From a virus: DNA of 64,000 bases. Shown here piece after piece: positions 1 through 8,655 of the stretch. The stretch spans positions 1 to 64,000 of IMG/VR virus record IMGVR_UViG_3300037454_000146; one strand, given 5' to 3'. The notes under the pieces were generated by a model. The model saw only the letters and a program-made list of their open reading frames with translations, made no database searches and was not told the DNA's origin. The position numbers and the translations under genes are program-made. How positions within the stretch are numbered: the first letter of the stretch is position 1; each line of letters starts with the position of its first letter.

Positions 1-179
1 AAACCCAGACACGTTTGACATAGCGTGTGACCTCCTTCGCCCCGATTGTCGGGGCATAACGGCAAAACAAGGGAAATACTTGCAATGCCGACCAAATAAT
101 ATGCAATATCTTGTGTTTTACGGTCTGAAAATATGCATAAAATATAAAATATTGTCGATTAAACTAATATTTCAAGGCG

Positions 180-617
180 GTGATTACTTTGAGATTATGG
201 CATTACAAACTTTTACCCTACCTGCCACGTTTGCAGTTAGTCTCTCAGTGGAGAGAGTGCTGTTGCATAGCAAAGAGCATAGCAGAAAAGGGTACACCTA
301 ATCACATACTGGTGAATAAGATTATGGATTACCCGATAGATCACTTTATAGAGTATTGCTACAATGTCTGCATAGAGATGGAGTATAGAGGCTACAGATG
401 TGACTTCTCTCGCCTCGACAGACACCTTGAGACAATGGATGGCGTACCGCTGAGAAATGGTGAGCAGATATTCCCTGAGTGGCATAATGACATTTATCTC
501 AGAGAGTGTTTGTATAATTTGGAAGAAAAATTTAGAGCTGGCGGTATTCCTGTTGACGAATGGCAGAGGATATACGATAGGTTCAAGGACTTCACGCCAC
601 TATGGTGTGGCGAATAG
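180..617 (+). CDS. putative pyrimidine-dimer DNA glycosylase (endonuclease V / TIGR02328-like)
   Basis: N-terminus RLWHYKLLPYLPRLQLVSQWRECC resembles the RLWH..L...LPR.QL.GQ.REC signature I recall for DenV-like TIGR02328 proteins. GTG/TTG start, 145 aa. Confidence 0.5.
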   Translation: MITLRLWHYKLLPYLPRLQLVSQWRECCCIAKSIAEKGTPNHILVNKIMDYPIDHFIEYCYNVCIEMEYRGYRCDFSRLDRHLETMDGVPLRNGEQIFPEWHNDIYLRECLYNLEEKFRAGGIPVDEWQRIYDRFKDFTPLWCGE

Positions 618-632
618 AAGGAGGATTTTAAG

Positions 633-839
633 ATGATTAAGCATAGGTATATTATATATGGGGTAAATAATAAAGGTGAATTTCTCCGTGGAACTTGCCT
701 CGATTACGATATGATTCACTGTATAAAAGTGTGCGAGAAACAGAATATAAAGATACATAAGATTGAACAATTCAACTTTGAAGAATCTGATTTACCTATA
801 GGAATTGAAAAGATAGAGAAAATTAATTTTCAAAGATAA
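633..839 (+). CDS. hypothetical protein
   Basis: 68-aa ORF, GAAGGAGG RBS 8 nt upstream, packed in a co-oriented operon. No family recognised. Confidence 0.5.
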   Translation: MIKHRYIIYGVNNKGEFLRGTCLDYDMIHCIKVCEKQNIKIHKIEQFNFEESDLPIGIEKIEKINFQR

Positions 840-853
840 AAGGGGAGTTTTAA

Positions 854-1066
854 GTGAAACTGATTAATCCAATTACGCTCAAGAGAGATTTGTCTAAGTT
901 TTATGACAATGAGGTTACTGCAAGACAACTCATCGATAATCAGCCCACGATTAACACGGATGATTTTGGGCGTAGAGTTATGAGCCAGTGCTTGACCGAA
1001 GATTATTGCAAGGGCTGGAATGATTGCTATGATGCCATTATGAAGAAGTTGGAGGAATTAAAATGA
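854..1066 (+). CDS. hypothetical protein
   Basis: GTG start after AAGGGGAG. Its stop overlaps the next start (ATGA). Confidence 0.5.
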   Translation: MKLINPITLKRDLSKFYDNEVTARQLIDNQPTINTDDFGRRVMSQCLTEDYCKGWNDCYDAIMKKLEELK

Positions 1067-1434
1067 GCGACTACTGCCACAGAAAAGTTATAAGAATGAA
1101 AATATCAGAGGAAGAAGCTTGTAAGATATTCGGTGTTGAAGATGGTTGGGATGTATCAGACTTGCTTGAAAAAACAGAGTTTGAAATCGCTCCCACATCT
1201 AATTTCTTCCTCGATTATGTACTATCTTCCAGAAATGATGCCGAAGGTGATTGGGGCAGAACAAGACAGTTAAGCTATACTGAGTATATGAAGTATAACA
1301 ACAAGTTTAGCAAGCTCCTTAACGGTAGAAATGTTATGCCGAATGAACTGAGGCTTGTCGAATACTGTTGGTATAATTGCAGTGAAGCACCAGATTATTT
1401 CAATGAGTCCGATGACTTTTATGATGAGGTGTGA
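1063..1434 (+). CDS. hypothetical protein
   Basis: 123-aa ORF, GGAGGA RBS, translationally coupled to the upstream ORF. Confidence 0.5.
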   Translation: MSDYCHRKVIRMKISEEEACKIFGVEDGWDVSDLLEKTEFEIAPTSNFFLDYVLSSRNDAEGDWGRTRQLSYTEYMKYNNKFSKLLNGRNVMPNELRLVEYCWYNCSEAPDYFNESDDFYDEV

Positions 1435-1607
1435 GAATTATATGAATAAATTAAATGTTCCAATTTGATGGCACAAATTGCCCGTATATAAAACCGTGGG
1501 GAAAGAAAAAATACAAACACGACCACGAACAATCATCAATGTTTGAGGCGGCAAATTAGCCGATAATTTCTTGCGATTATGAAACTGACTGGTTATGAGG
1601 AGGAATA

Positions 1608-1958
1608 ATGATTAAAGTACTTCAAGGTAAGAGTGTTGAGTTGTCCAAAACTTGGGTAATACCCACTGATTACCATTTAAGAAGAGCTATGGAATACTTA
1701 AATTCCGCGATTCCAATAATGACTTTGCAAGGTATGTATAATCCCCAAGAAATAGCAAAGAGTTTAATGAGAGCATACTATGATTCTGAAATTGAGCTTG
1801 AAATAGAGGACACTATACTCTTATTTACTGATAATGACAAAAAGACACTTTGGTATGCAGGCTATATTAGATTCCGTCGTGAATTATCTGCTTTGTTAAG
1901 ACAGGCAAAGTCCCTAGAGTTTTTAGAAGAACAATACCCAATGACTAAGGAGGACTAA
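1608..1958 (+). CDS. hypothetical protein
   Basis: 116-aa ORF, GAGGAGG RBS. Confidence 0.55.
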   Translation: MIKVLQGKSVELSKTWVIPTDYHLRRAMEYLNSAIPIMTLQGMYNPQEIAKSLMRAYYDSEIELEIEDTILLFTDNDKKTLWYAGYIRFRRELSALLRQAKSLEFLEEQYPMTKED

Positions 1959-1960
1959 AG

Positions 1961-2161
1961 ATGTTTATACAAATAGGTAATATGATTTTTAACAAAAACG
2001 AAATTAAATCTATACGCATTAACTCCACAGCGGCATGCTGTCACCGTATAGAGGTTGAATTAACAGATGAAACATGGACTTGTATGAAATTTAATCACAT
2101 AGAAGATGCAGAAGAAAAAATCAAAGCCATATATGCAGAATTAAGCGAGAGGAAGGGCTGA
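1961..2161 (+). CDS. hypothetical protein
   Basis: 66-aa ORF, AAGGAGG RBS. Confidence 0.5.
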   Translation: MFIQIGNMIFNKNEIKSIRINSTAACCHRIEVELTDETWTCMKFNHIEDAEEKIKAIYAELSERKG

Positions 2162-2327
2162 AAATGACACGTTATGATATTGCAAAATTCTATGGTTATA
2201 ATAGTGTAGAAGAATATGATGAAGCTGAGAAATTTATACAGACGATGACTGGGATATAGAGGATAATGAGAGATTTGTTGTTTACAAAACAACTTGAAAG
2301 TCTTGTTTTATTAAGGGGATGTAATAT

Positions 2328-2645
2328 ATGGGTAATTTTGTTAAATTGCATAGTCGAAAAGATTTAATATCGTTCATTGAAGATGCAAGAATTGATTTCG
2401 ACTGCATGGAAGATTGGGAGAATTTCTTCGGATTCAGATTAGAATGTGATGATGACGGAAATGAATTAGAAACTGTTTCGGAATATGCAGAACATAATTC
2501 ATTTAATATTGAGCCTTGTGCTAATGAATATCCTATAATTGCCTATTATACATTTACAAAAGAAAATGATAGATTTGGCGGCTTTGGAATAGAAATATTT
2601 GATTATATTTCCGTAAGTAAATTAGCTGTTAAAGGTCTAAGATAA
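2328..2645 (+). CDS. hypothetical acidic protein
   Basis: 105-aa ORF, AAGGGGA RBS. Confidence 0.5.
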   Translation: MGNFVKLHSRKDLISFIEDARIDFDCMEDWENFFGFRLECDDDGNELETVSEYAEHNSFNIEPCANEYPIIAYYTFTKENDRFGGFGIEIFDYISVSKLAVKGLR

Positions 2646-2657
2646 AAGAATAATTCT

Positions 2658-2990
2658 ATGAGTGAGGTGATACAGGTGGCTGATTATATAAGCAGAGAAG
2701 CAGTAGAAAAAGCTATTGATAGTGTTTATACTGATTTATACCCTGACTATGTACCAAATTCAATTGCGGCATTTCGTGAATGTTTACTTGTTGATATTGG
2801 TATTATTCCAACCGCAGACGTAAAACCAGTGAAATATAGCAGTTGGGAATACCGCACATATCCTATTGTTGACAGAGATGGAGTGGCAAGAAGGTGCATG
2901 ACAGGGTATGTTTGCAAAGCTTGCGGTCACGGTGAACCAGAAGAAAAACGCTTCTGCGGTGGTTGCGGAGCAGAGATGCAGAATGAATGA
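2658..2990 (+). CDS. hypothetical protein with C-terminal zinc ribbon
   Basis: CKACGH...CGGCG pair of CxxC motifs at the C-terminus. The start could instead be GTG 2676. Confidence 0.5.
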   Translation: MSEVIQVADYISREAVEKAIDSVYTDLYPDYVPNSIAAFRECLLVDIGIIPTADVKPVKYSSWEYRTYPIVDRDGVARRCMTGYVCKACGHGEPEEKRFCGGCGAEMQNE

Positions 2991-3017
2991 AATTTCACTT
3001 TTATGAGGAGGAGCAAG

Positions 3018-3488
3018 ATGTTTGACCATTTTTATGAAGTCAACTCTGACAGTACATTATTTAACGATTATTTCAAATGGCTCACAGATTATGAGAAGAT
3101 GCGTAATGGGGTTGTTGCCTTTAAGAAAGAATATGGCATCGCTGGTGATACGTTTATGATTGATGAGGGCAAGTTGTGGGTAGATGTTTCGCTAAACAGG
3201 CAGTTTTCAGACCAGTTTGGCAAGGCAGAGTGTCAGGGGCACTCGCCATTTAAGAAAACAAGCTCTATCGGCAAAGCTTTTACAAAAGCTAATATCAAGA
3301 AAGCGAGTAAACCCTTCGTGCCATTTTACTTTAAAAATCCAGTAGGTAGGTCGCAGACAAGGTTGTTTGACCAAGACGGTAAATTGTATGTCCAGTATTC
3401 GACAGAGTATGAAGTTGAAGATACACCTAAAGGCTTTATACCAATCAAGGCATCAGAGTTTTACAAAGTGATGGAACAGGAGGGCTGA
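3018..3488 (+). CDS. hypothetical protein
   Basis: ATG 3018 (MFDHFYEV) follows GAGGAGG. The longer ORF from 3003 lacks an RBS. Confidence 0.5.
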   Translation: MFDHFYEVNSDSTLFNDYFKWLTDYEKMRNGVVAFKKEYGIAGDTFMIDEGKLWVDVSLNRQFSDQFGKAECQGHSPFKKTSSIGKAFTKANIKKASKPFVPFYFKNPVGRSQTRLFDQDGKLYVQYSTEYEVEDTPKGFIPIKASEFYKVMEQEG

Positions 3489-3491
3489 AAA

Positions 3492-3752
3492 ATGGCTGAG
3501 TATCATGTTGGTATAGGATTTGCAGGCGTTATATACGCAGGAACGCTCACAAAGGATAAGAAGCGGTGGGTTAATAAGTCTGACGTTACCGATGAAGTTG
3601 TCGCCGCTTTTTGGGCGTGGTTACAAGAACAGTACGAAGAAGCCACAGAAGAAACAGAGCTTGAATGTGGTCAGAGTTTAGAAAAAACTATTAGTTATCC
3701 AACCTCAGAATATGAGATAGTTTTTAGGAAGAAAAAGGATGGCGAAAGCTAA
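3492..3752 (+). CDS. hypothetical protein
   Basis: 86-aa ORF, AGGAGGG RBS. Confidence 0.5.
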   Translation: MAEYHVGIGFAGVIYAGTLTKDKKRWVNKSDVTDEVVAAFWAWLQEQYEEATEETELECGQSLEKTISYPTSEYEIVFRKKKDGES

Positions 3753-3796
3753 TCGAAAGTTGAAAGTTGCATTTTATTTGAAAGGAGTTGAATAAT

Positions 3797-3955
3797 ATGC
3801 CTTTATACAGAATGACAGTTATACTTGAAATGACAGACGATGTTGAAGCTGATTCGCCAGAAGAAGCGTTTTTAGAATTATCAGAAGATGCAATGGCTGG
3901 TGGTTCATGGGACTATACTTATGAAGTTATAGAGGAGGACGATGATGAAAATTAA
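3797..3955 (+). CDS. small acidic protein (paralog A)
   Basis: 52-aa ORF not in the supplied track (below cutoff). AAAGGAG RBS. Shares the V.VEADS.EEA motif with the next ORF. Confidence 0.4.
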   Translation: MPLYRMTVILEMTDDVEADSPEEAFLELSEDAMAGGSWDYTYEVIEEDDDEN

Positions 3956-3981
3956 AGCTACATTTTATTGGAGGTGTAAAA

Positions 3982-4128
3982 GTGACTGAGTATATGGTTG
4001 GGTTTAGCGGTTGGGTAATAGTTGAAGCTGACAGTGAGGATGAAGCTCTTATAAAAGCTACAGCTACGACACCGAATGACGTACAATATGAGATTCTTGA
4101 AACGCACGACGAGAGTGAGCAAGAATAA
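3982..4128 (+). CDS. small acidic protein (paralog B)
   Basis: 48-aa ORF, GTG start after GGAGGTG. Contains VIVEADSEDEA, similar to ORF 3797. Confidence 0.4.
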   Translation: MTEYMVGFSGWVIVEADSEDEALIKATATTPNDVQYEILETHDESEQE

Positions 4129-4160
4129 AAAGTTTCCGTTTTATCGAAAGGAATGTTGTA

Positions 4161-4466
4161 ATGAACACTTATGAATTATTCAAAACGCAAGGTAGAGGTT
4201 TCTTTAAGCCTGTAACTCTATTAAACATTAAGAGGATTATCGACCACAACCCAGACGGAACTTGCTTGTGGGTAAAGACTGCCGACTACTACATGGAGGT
4301 CGATTGCCCAGATAAAGATAATATGAATGCAAGGTTTGAAGCCGATGGTAAGATAATCAACAAGTTATTCCCATATAGTTATGAAGGCTTTATGGACGCT
4401 TGTGATTGGTTTGATGAGCAGAGAGCTACCTATCGTTTTGCGAGGTTTATCGGAGGCAAAAAATGA
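4161..4466 (+). CDS. hypothetical protein
   Basis: 101-aa ORF, AAAGGAA RBS. Confidence 0.5.
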   Translation: MNTYELFKTQGRGFFKPVTLLNIKRIIDHNPDGTCLWVKTADYYMEVDCPDKDNMNARFEADGKIINKLFPYSYEGFMDACDWFDEQRATYRFARFIGGKK

Positions 4467-4651
4467 GAAATCGAGACTGGTTAAACAATATGGCACTTAT
4501 TGATATGCTAAGTCACATCTCAGATCACATAGAGGAGTGCTTGGTTTATCGCGTAGAGAATAGGGATTTTGAGAAGATAGAGGATCGCTGCGAGAAGTAT
4601 GAGTGGGACTGCTACAAATGTATCGCAGCGTGGCTGAACGAAAATCACTAA
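4463..4651 (+). CDS. hypothetical protein
   Basis: 62-aa ORF, ATGA overlap with the upstream ORF, GGAGG RBS. Confidence 0.5.
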   Translation: MRNRDWLNNMALIDMLSHISDHIEECLVYRVENRDFEKIEDRCEKYEWDCYKCIAAWLNENH

Positions 4652-4668
4652 TTTTTTTATTTTTCCTC

Positions 4669-4697
4669 TTGACAAAGTACAAAGTTAGTGCTATAAT
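4669..4697 (+). promoter_or_regulatory. sigma-A type promoter P1 (TTGACA-17-TGcTATAAT)
   Basis: TTGACA 4669-4674, 17-nt spacer, extended -10 TGCTATAAT ending at 4697. Member of a 6-copy promoter family in this window. Confidence 0.75.
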
Positions 4698-4750
4698 ATG
4701 ATTGTGGGGATTTTTTATATCTTCACAGAGTATAAGATTAGAAAAGGAGA

Positions 4751-5470
4751 ATGGTAATGAGCGAAGCAAAGAAGAAGTCCGTTTTTGAAGTAATGTCTGC
4801 GGTAGACGTAAGTCCGTATCTGTTTGACAAAAATAAGCAATCGTATTTACCGTGGTCGAGGGCAATAGAACTGCTGAAGTTGCGCTATCCCGATGCGAAG
4901 TCTACGGAGTGTACATTCCCGACAGATAAGTATGTTAGCACTTTAGAGGCGGAGGCAGATGGCACAAAGCAGTACGCGACTACAATTACCTGCGTTGATA
5001 TGCCTTATTTCACAGACGGGCGCACCTGTTATGTAAGAACAAGACTTGAAATTCCGTCAGAAGGCATTGATGAGTATTGTACTCTGCCCGTAATGGACTT
5101 TAAGAATCAGTGCATAACAGCCGATAAGATAACAATGAGTGATGTCAACAAGGCTCTGCGCAGATGTGCAACAAAGAACATTGCAATGGCAACAGGGCTT
5201 GGTCTTGGACTTTGGCATAAAGAAGAAGTCTCCGAAGCCGCGGCAACCGAAAACACAAAGAACGCTGAACGTGCTAATGCTGCGATTGAAACCTTTAGGG
5301 CAAAGATAACAGAGGGTTACGACAGAGACAAGCTGGCATCGTGGCTCAAGATTAACTACGGCACTGGCAATCCTCAGACAATTAAGGATGCAGACAGACT
5401 CAATCAGTTAAAGACAGACCTTGACAATCTCAAAGCAGAGGACTTCAAGGCGGATAAGAAATCAAAGTGA
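4751..5470 (+). CDS. single-strand annealing protein, Sak3/DUF1071 (Rad52-like) type
   Basis: QSYLPWSRAIELLKLRYPDA ... LPVMDFKNQ ... DVNKALRRCATKNIAMATGLGLGLW matches the YLSWAWAW..LK..YPD / PVMD / MRCL.KN.AMFGLGLY pattern I recall for DUF1071 recombinases. Sits next to SSB and a nuclease. Confidence 0.7.
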   Translation: MVMSEAKKKSVFEVMSAVDVSPYLFDKNKQSYLPWSRAIELLKLRYPDAKSTECTFPTDKYVSTLEAEADGTKQYATTITCVDMPYFTDGRTCYVRTRLEIPSEGIDEYCTLPVMDFKNQCITADKITMSDVNKALRRCATKNIAMATGLGLGLWHKEEVSEAAATENTKNAERANAAIETFRAKITEGYDRDKLASWLKINYGTGNPQTIKDADRLNQLKTDLDNLKAEDFKADKKSK

Positions 5471-5488
5471 TTTGGAGGTAATTAAGTT

Positions 5489-5917
5489 ATGAATAAAGTG
5501 ATTTTAGTAGGTAGATTGACAGCCGATCCTGAACTTAGACAGATACCGAGTGGCGTTGCTTCTTGCAGATTTACCGTTGCGATAGATAGAAAGTTTGCAG
5601 ACAAGAACACAGGAGAGAAGCAGAGCGACTTCATCAATTGCGTAGCATGGAGACAGACGGCAGAGTTTGTTTCTCGCTATTTCAATAAGGGTAAGATGAT
5701 TGCTCTTGAGGGAAGTCTCAGAACTGGTAAGTATCAGGATAAGAACCATGGAGATGTAACTCATTACACTACAGAGGTTTATGTAGATAACGTAGAGTTT
5801 GTCGGCGGCAAGGGTGACGGCGGACAGCAGACTCAGGCTGCACCCACACAGGCTGAGTCACCGACAACATCCGCCGAGCCTGTAGATAGTGCAAGTTCTG
5901 AAGATTGCCCCTTCTAA
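5489..5917 (+). CDS. ssb: single-stranded DNA-binding protein
   Basis: MNKVILVGRLTADPELRQ OB-fold N-terminus, Gly/Gln-rich linker, acidic tail ending in PF. Confidence 0.9.
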   Translation: MNKVILVGRLTADPELRQIPSGVASCRFTVAIDRKFADKNTGEKQSDFINCVAWRQTAEFVSRYFNKGKMIALEGSLRTGKYQDKNHGDVTHYTTEVYVDNVEFVGGKGDGGQQTQAAPTQAESPTTSAEPVDSASSEDCPF

Positions 5918-6013
5918 TCAATAAGCGACACGACACGGTAAACGAGCCAATCTCGCATACAATTAATAAATATGTATGTTGGGGTTGGCTCTATTTTTAT
6001 TTTAGGAGGCAGC

Positions 6014-6736
6014 ATGGATTTAACTAAAAAGAAGTGGAGTTTTAGTTCCTTAAAGTTGTATGAAACCTGCAAGTATGCGTTCTATCTTAAATATATTGAG
6101 GGTGTAGAAGAAGAACCTAACGCCTTCAGTTCCTTCGGTAAACACGTTCACAGCATTCTTGAACGTTATTTTAAGGGTGAACTTTATGCTTTTGAACTGG
6201 CAGATGTTTTTGAGCAAGAATACGAAACCGCCGTTCCGCAAAGGTTTCCATTTTGGAATATGTTCAACGCTTTCTATTCTAAGACACTGGCTTATCTTCA
6301 GAATTTTGATGGTGTAGATGGTGAAGTTCTTGGAGTGGAAGAAGAACTTGACAGTACGATAGGCGATTACGAGTTTATTGGGTTTGCAGATTTGATAATG
6401 AAAGACGAGAACGGTATATTTGTGGTGGATCATAAGAGCCACGGAGCGTGGAAGTCGAAGAAAGAACGTGCTGAGTATATGCGGCAACTTTACTTGTACG
6501 CACATTGCATCAAAGAAAAATACGGTGAGTTTCCCTATAAACTGGTATTCAATAAGTTTAGGTCTGATGAGCCTTTAGACGAAGAACCGTTCAGAGAGGG
6601 CGACTACGCTGCGACAATAGATTGGTTTAAGTCGGCAGTTAAAACCATACTGGCAACGGACGAGTGGGAGTGCGAAGTGAATAACTTCTACTGCACGAAT
6701 CTTTGCAAGATGGGATGTGTTTATGGAGGCGAATAA
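6014..6736 (+). CDS. PD-(D/E)XK nuclease, Cas4/RecB-like with Cys cluster
   Basis: ADL...VVDHK (D..DxK), QLYLYAH (QxxxY), one N-terminal Cys (YETCKY) plus C-terminal CTNLCKMGC. ATG 6014 follows AGGAGG. Confidence 0.7.
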   Translation: MDLTKKKWSFSSLKLYETCKYAFYLKYIEGVEEEPNAFSSFGKHVHSILERYFKGELYAFELADVFEQEYETAVPQRFPFWNMFNAFYSKTLAYLQNFDGVDGEVLGVEEELDSTIGDYEFIGFADLIMKDENGIFVVDHKSHGAWKSKKERAEYMRQLYLYAHCIKEKYGEFPYKLVFNKFRSDEPLDEEPFREGDYAATIDWFKSAVKTILATDEWECEVNNFYCTNLCKMGCVYGGE

Positions 6737-6738
6737 TC

Positions 6739-8655
6739 GTGATAGATAAAGAACTGATACAGCAAGCAAAAGAAAAACTTGGCGATAGAAATTTTGAGCT
6801 TATAATGGACGCTCTCGATATACGAGATTATGATGAACGTAATATGCGTTGTCTCTGCCGCTGGCACTCTGAAAAAACTCCGAGTCTGCTTTATAGTCGT
6901 AAAAATTACAGAGTACATTGCTTCGGGTGTGGTAAGTCTGCCGATCTTGTTGACGCTCTCATAGAGGGTAAACACATGACTTTCAATGAAGCGGCTGAAA
7001 AAATATTCCAAGAAGCTGATATGGCAGTACCCATGCCAGAAGTCGGCTTGCGCGATGAGGGAATGGATTATGTCTATCCTACATTACCAGATGGTGATAT
7101 GACACCCGCCTATGAATATCTTGCAAAGCGTGGTATTAGCAAGGCTGTTGTGGACTATGTTGGTATTAAGTGCGATGATAAAGGGATAATGCACTTCCCG
7201 TTCTATTCCTTTGGTGATGTTCTGACAATGGTTAAGTGCCGTCCAGCCCGTAAAGTAAATAAGGGCGAAGGTGCTAAATGTTGGGTGCAGAAAGGTACAG
7301 GCTCATCTCCACTTCTGTTCAACGCAAACAGGATTAATACCGAGTTGCCTTTAATCATAACCGAAGGCTGTATTGATGCTCTTGCTGTTATGGAGTGCGG
7401 TTACTTTAACGTAGTTTCAGTCCCATTAGGCAGCCAAAACCTTGCTTGGATAGCACAGAACTTAGACTGGCTCGACCAGTTTCAAGATATAATTCTCTGC
7501 GGTGATGCCGATGACGCTGGTAAGAAGATGAATATTGAGGCTTCATCTCGCTTGGGAACTGATAGATGTAGGTTCTTTCAGCATCCGACATATAAGGTCA
7601 ATGGCAAGCTGAAGCAGATAAATGACATCAATGAGTGCCTTTATAGACTTGGCAAAGAAGAAACTCGCAAATGTATTGACGCAGCTATTAATGCCCCTAA
7701 CCCCAAAGTTATTGACTTCTCAGATATAAAGAGTGTGGACTGGTCGCAGGTTGATGGCATATCTTTCGGCTTAAAAGAGCTTGATAAACAGTTATTCAAA
7801 GCGTACAGATCAAGCCTTACTCTTGTGTTTGCGAAGCCATCATCGGGTAAAACTTCATACGTCAATCAGGTCATAGCATCCGCCATCGACGAAGATAGAC
7901 GTGTATTCTTATATACAGACGAATTAAGTGAAGAAATGTTTAAGAACTGGTTTAACTTTACCGTAGCAGGACGTAGACACGTTCAAAGTTTTACAAGCAA
8001 AGAGGGTAGTCCTTACTACAAGGTATCACCCGTGGCAGAAGTCAAAATTAGCGAATACTACAAAGACAGACTGTTCATTTATCGTGACACTGAGTCCTCA
8101 AATATTGACTCTCTGCTTGCCTGTATAAAAGAGGAAATAAGGCGCAAGGGAACTTCAGTTATCGTACTTGACAACCTTATGACTATTGACATAGAGAGCA
8201 AAGCAAGTGAACTTGAACAGCAGAAAATCATCATGAAAAAGCTGGCTAAACTCGCGAAGGACTATAATGTAGTCGTGATTTTAGTGGCACACTCCAAAAA
8301 GACAAAGGAACAGCTTAGTCTTGAGGACGCAAGTGGTACGTTTGCAATTGCAAATCTTAGTGGCAGAATGTTATCAATGGAGCGCAACACAAACCTCGAT
8401 GATAATTCCTATGATGTAATGTTCACTATTCAGAAGGATAGATTTGGCTCGAAGAATGGTGTAAAAGTGCCTGTAAGATTTGACTTCCCAAGTCGTAGAT
8501 TCTATACAACCGAGGAGGAGCTTGCGAAGCGATATAAGTGGGATGTTATAGAATCTACAGTCAAGGAATTACCCAAGAGTGAGTCTCTTGAACGCATGGC
8601 AATAAGCAAAGAGGACGAAGAAGAAGTGTTTGGTGAGGTGAGTGAGAATGTCTGA
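6739..8655 (+). CDS. bifunctional DNA primase / DnaB-like replicative helicase
   Basis: CHC2 zinc finger (CLCRWHSEKTPS...HCFGCGKSAD), TOPRIM (ITEGCIDALAV ... CGDADDAGKK), Walker A AKPSSGKTS and RecA-like C-terminal half. GTG 6739 follows GGAGG. Confidence 0.85.
   Translation: MIDKELIQQAKEKLGDRNFELIMDALDIRDYDERNMRCLCRWHSEKTPSLLYSRKNYRVHCFGCGKSADLVDALIEGKHMTFNEAAEKIFQEADMAVPMPEVGLRDEGMDYVYPTLPDGDMTPAYEYLAKRGISKAVVDYVGIKCDDKGIMHFPFYSFGDVLTMVKCRPARKVNKGEGAKCWVQKGTGSSPLLFNANRINTELPLIITEGCIDALAVMECGYFNVVSVPLGSQNLAWIAQNLDWLDQFQDIILCGDADDAGKKMNIEASSRLGTDRCRFFQHPTYKVNGKLKQINDINECLYRLGKEETRKCIDAAINAPNPKVIDFSDIKSVDWSQVDGISFGLKELDKQLFKAYRSSLTLVFAKPSSGKTSYVNQVIASAIDEDRRVFLYTDELSEEMFKNWFNFTVAGRRHVQSFTSKEGSPYYKVSPVAEVKISEYYKDRLFIYRDTESSNIDSLLACIKEEIRRKGTSVIVLDNLMTIDIESKASELEQQKIIMKKLAKLAKDYNVVVILVAHSKKTKEQLSLEDASGTFAIANLSGRMLSMERNTNLDDNSYDVMFTIQKDRFGSKNGVKVPVRFDFPSRRFYTTEEELAKRYKWDVIESTVKELPKSESLERMAISKEDEEEVFGEVSENV

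Noticed and set aside
39-55. Hairpin GCCCCGA-TTG-TCGGGGC at the window start as a terminator.
   Set aside because: No flanking U/A tract, and the upstream context is cut off by the window edge, so it cannot be interpreted.
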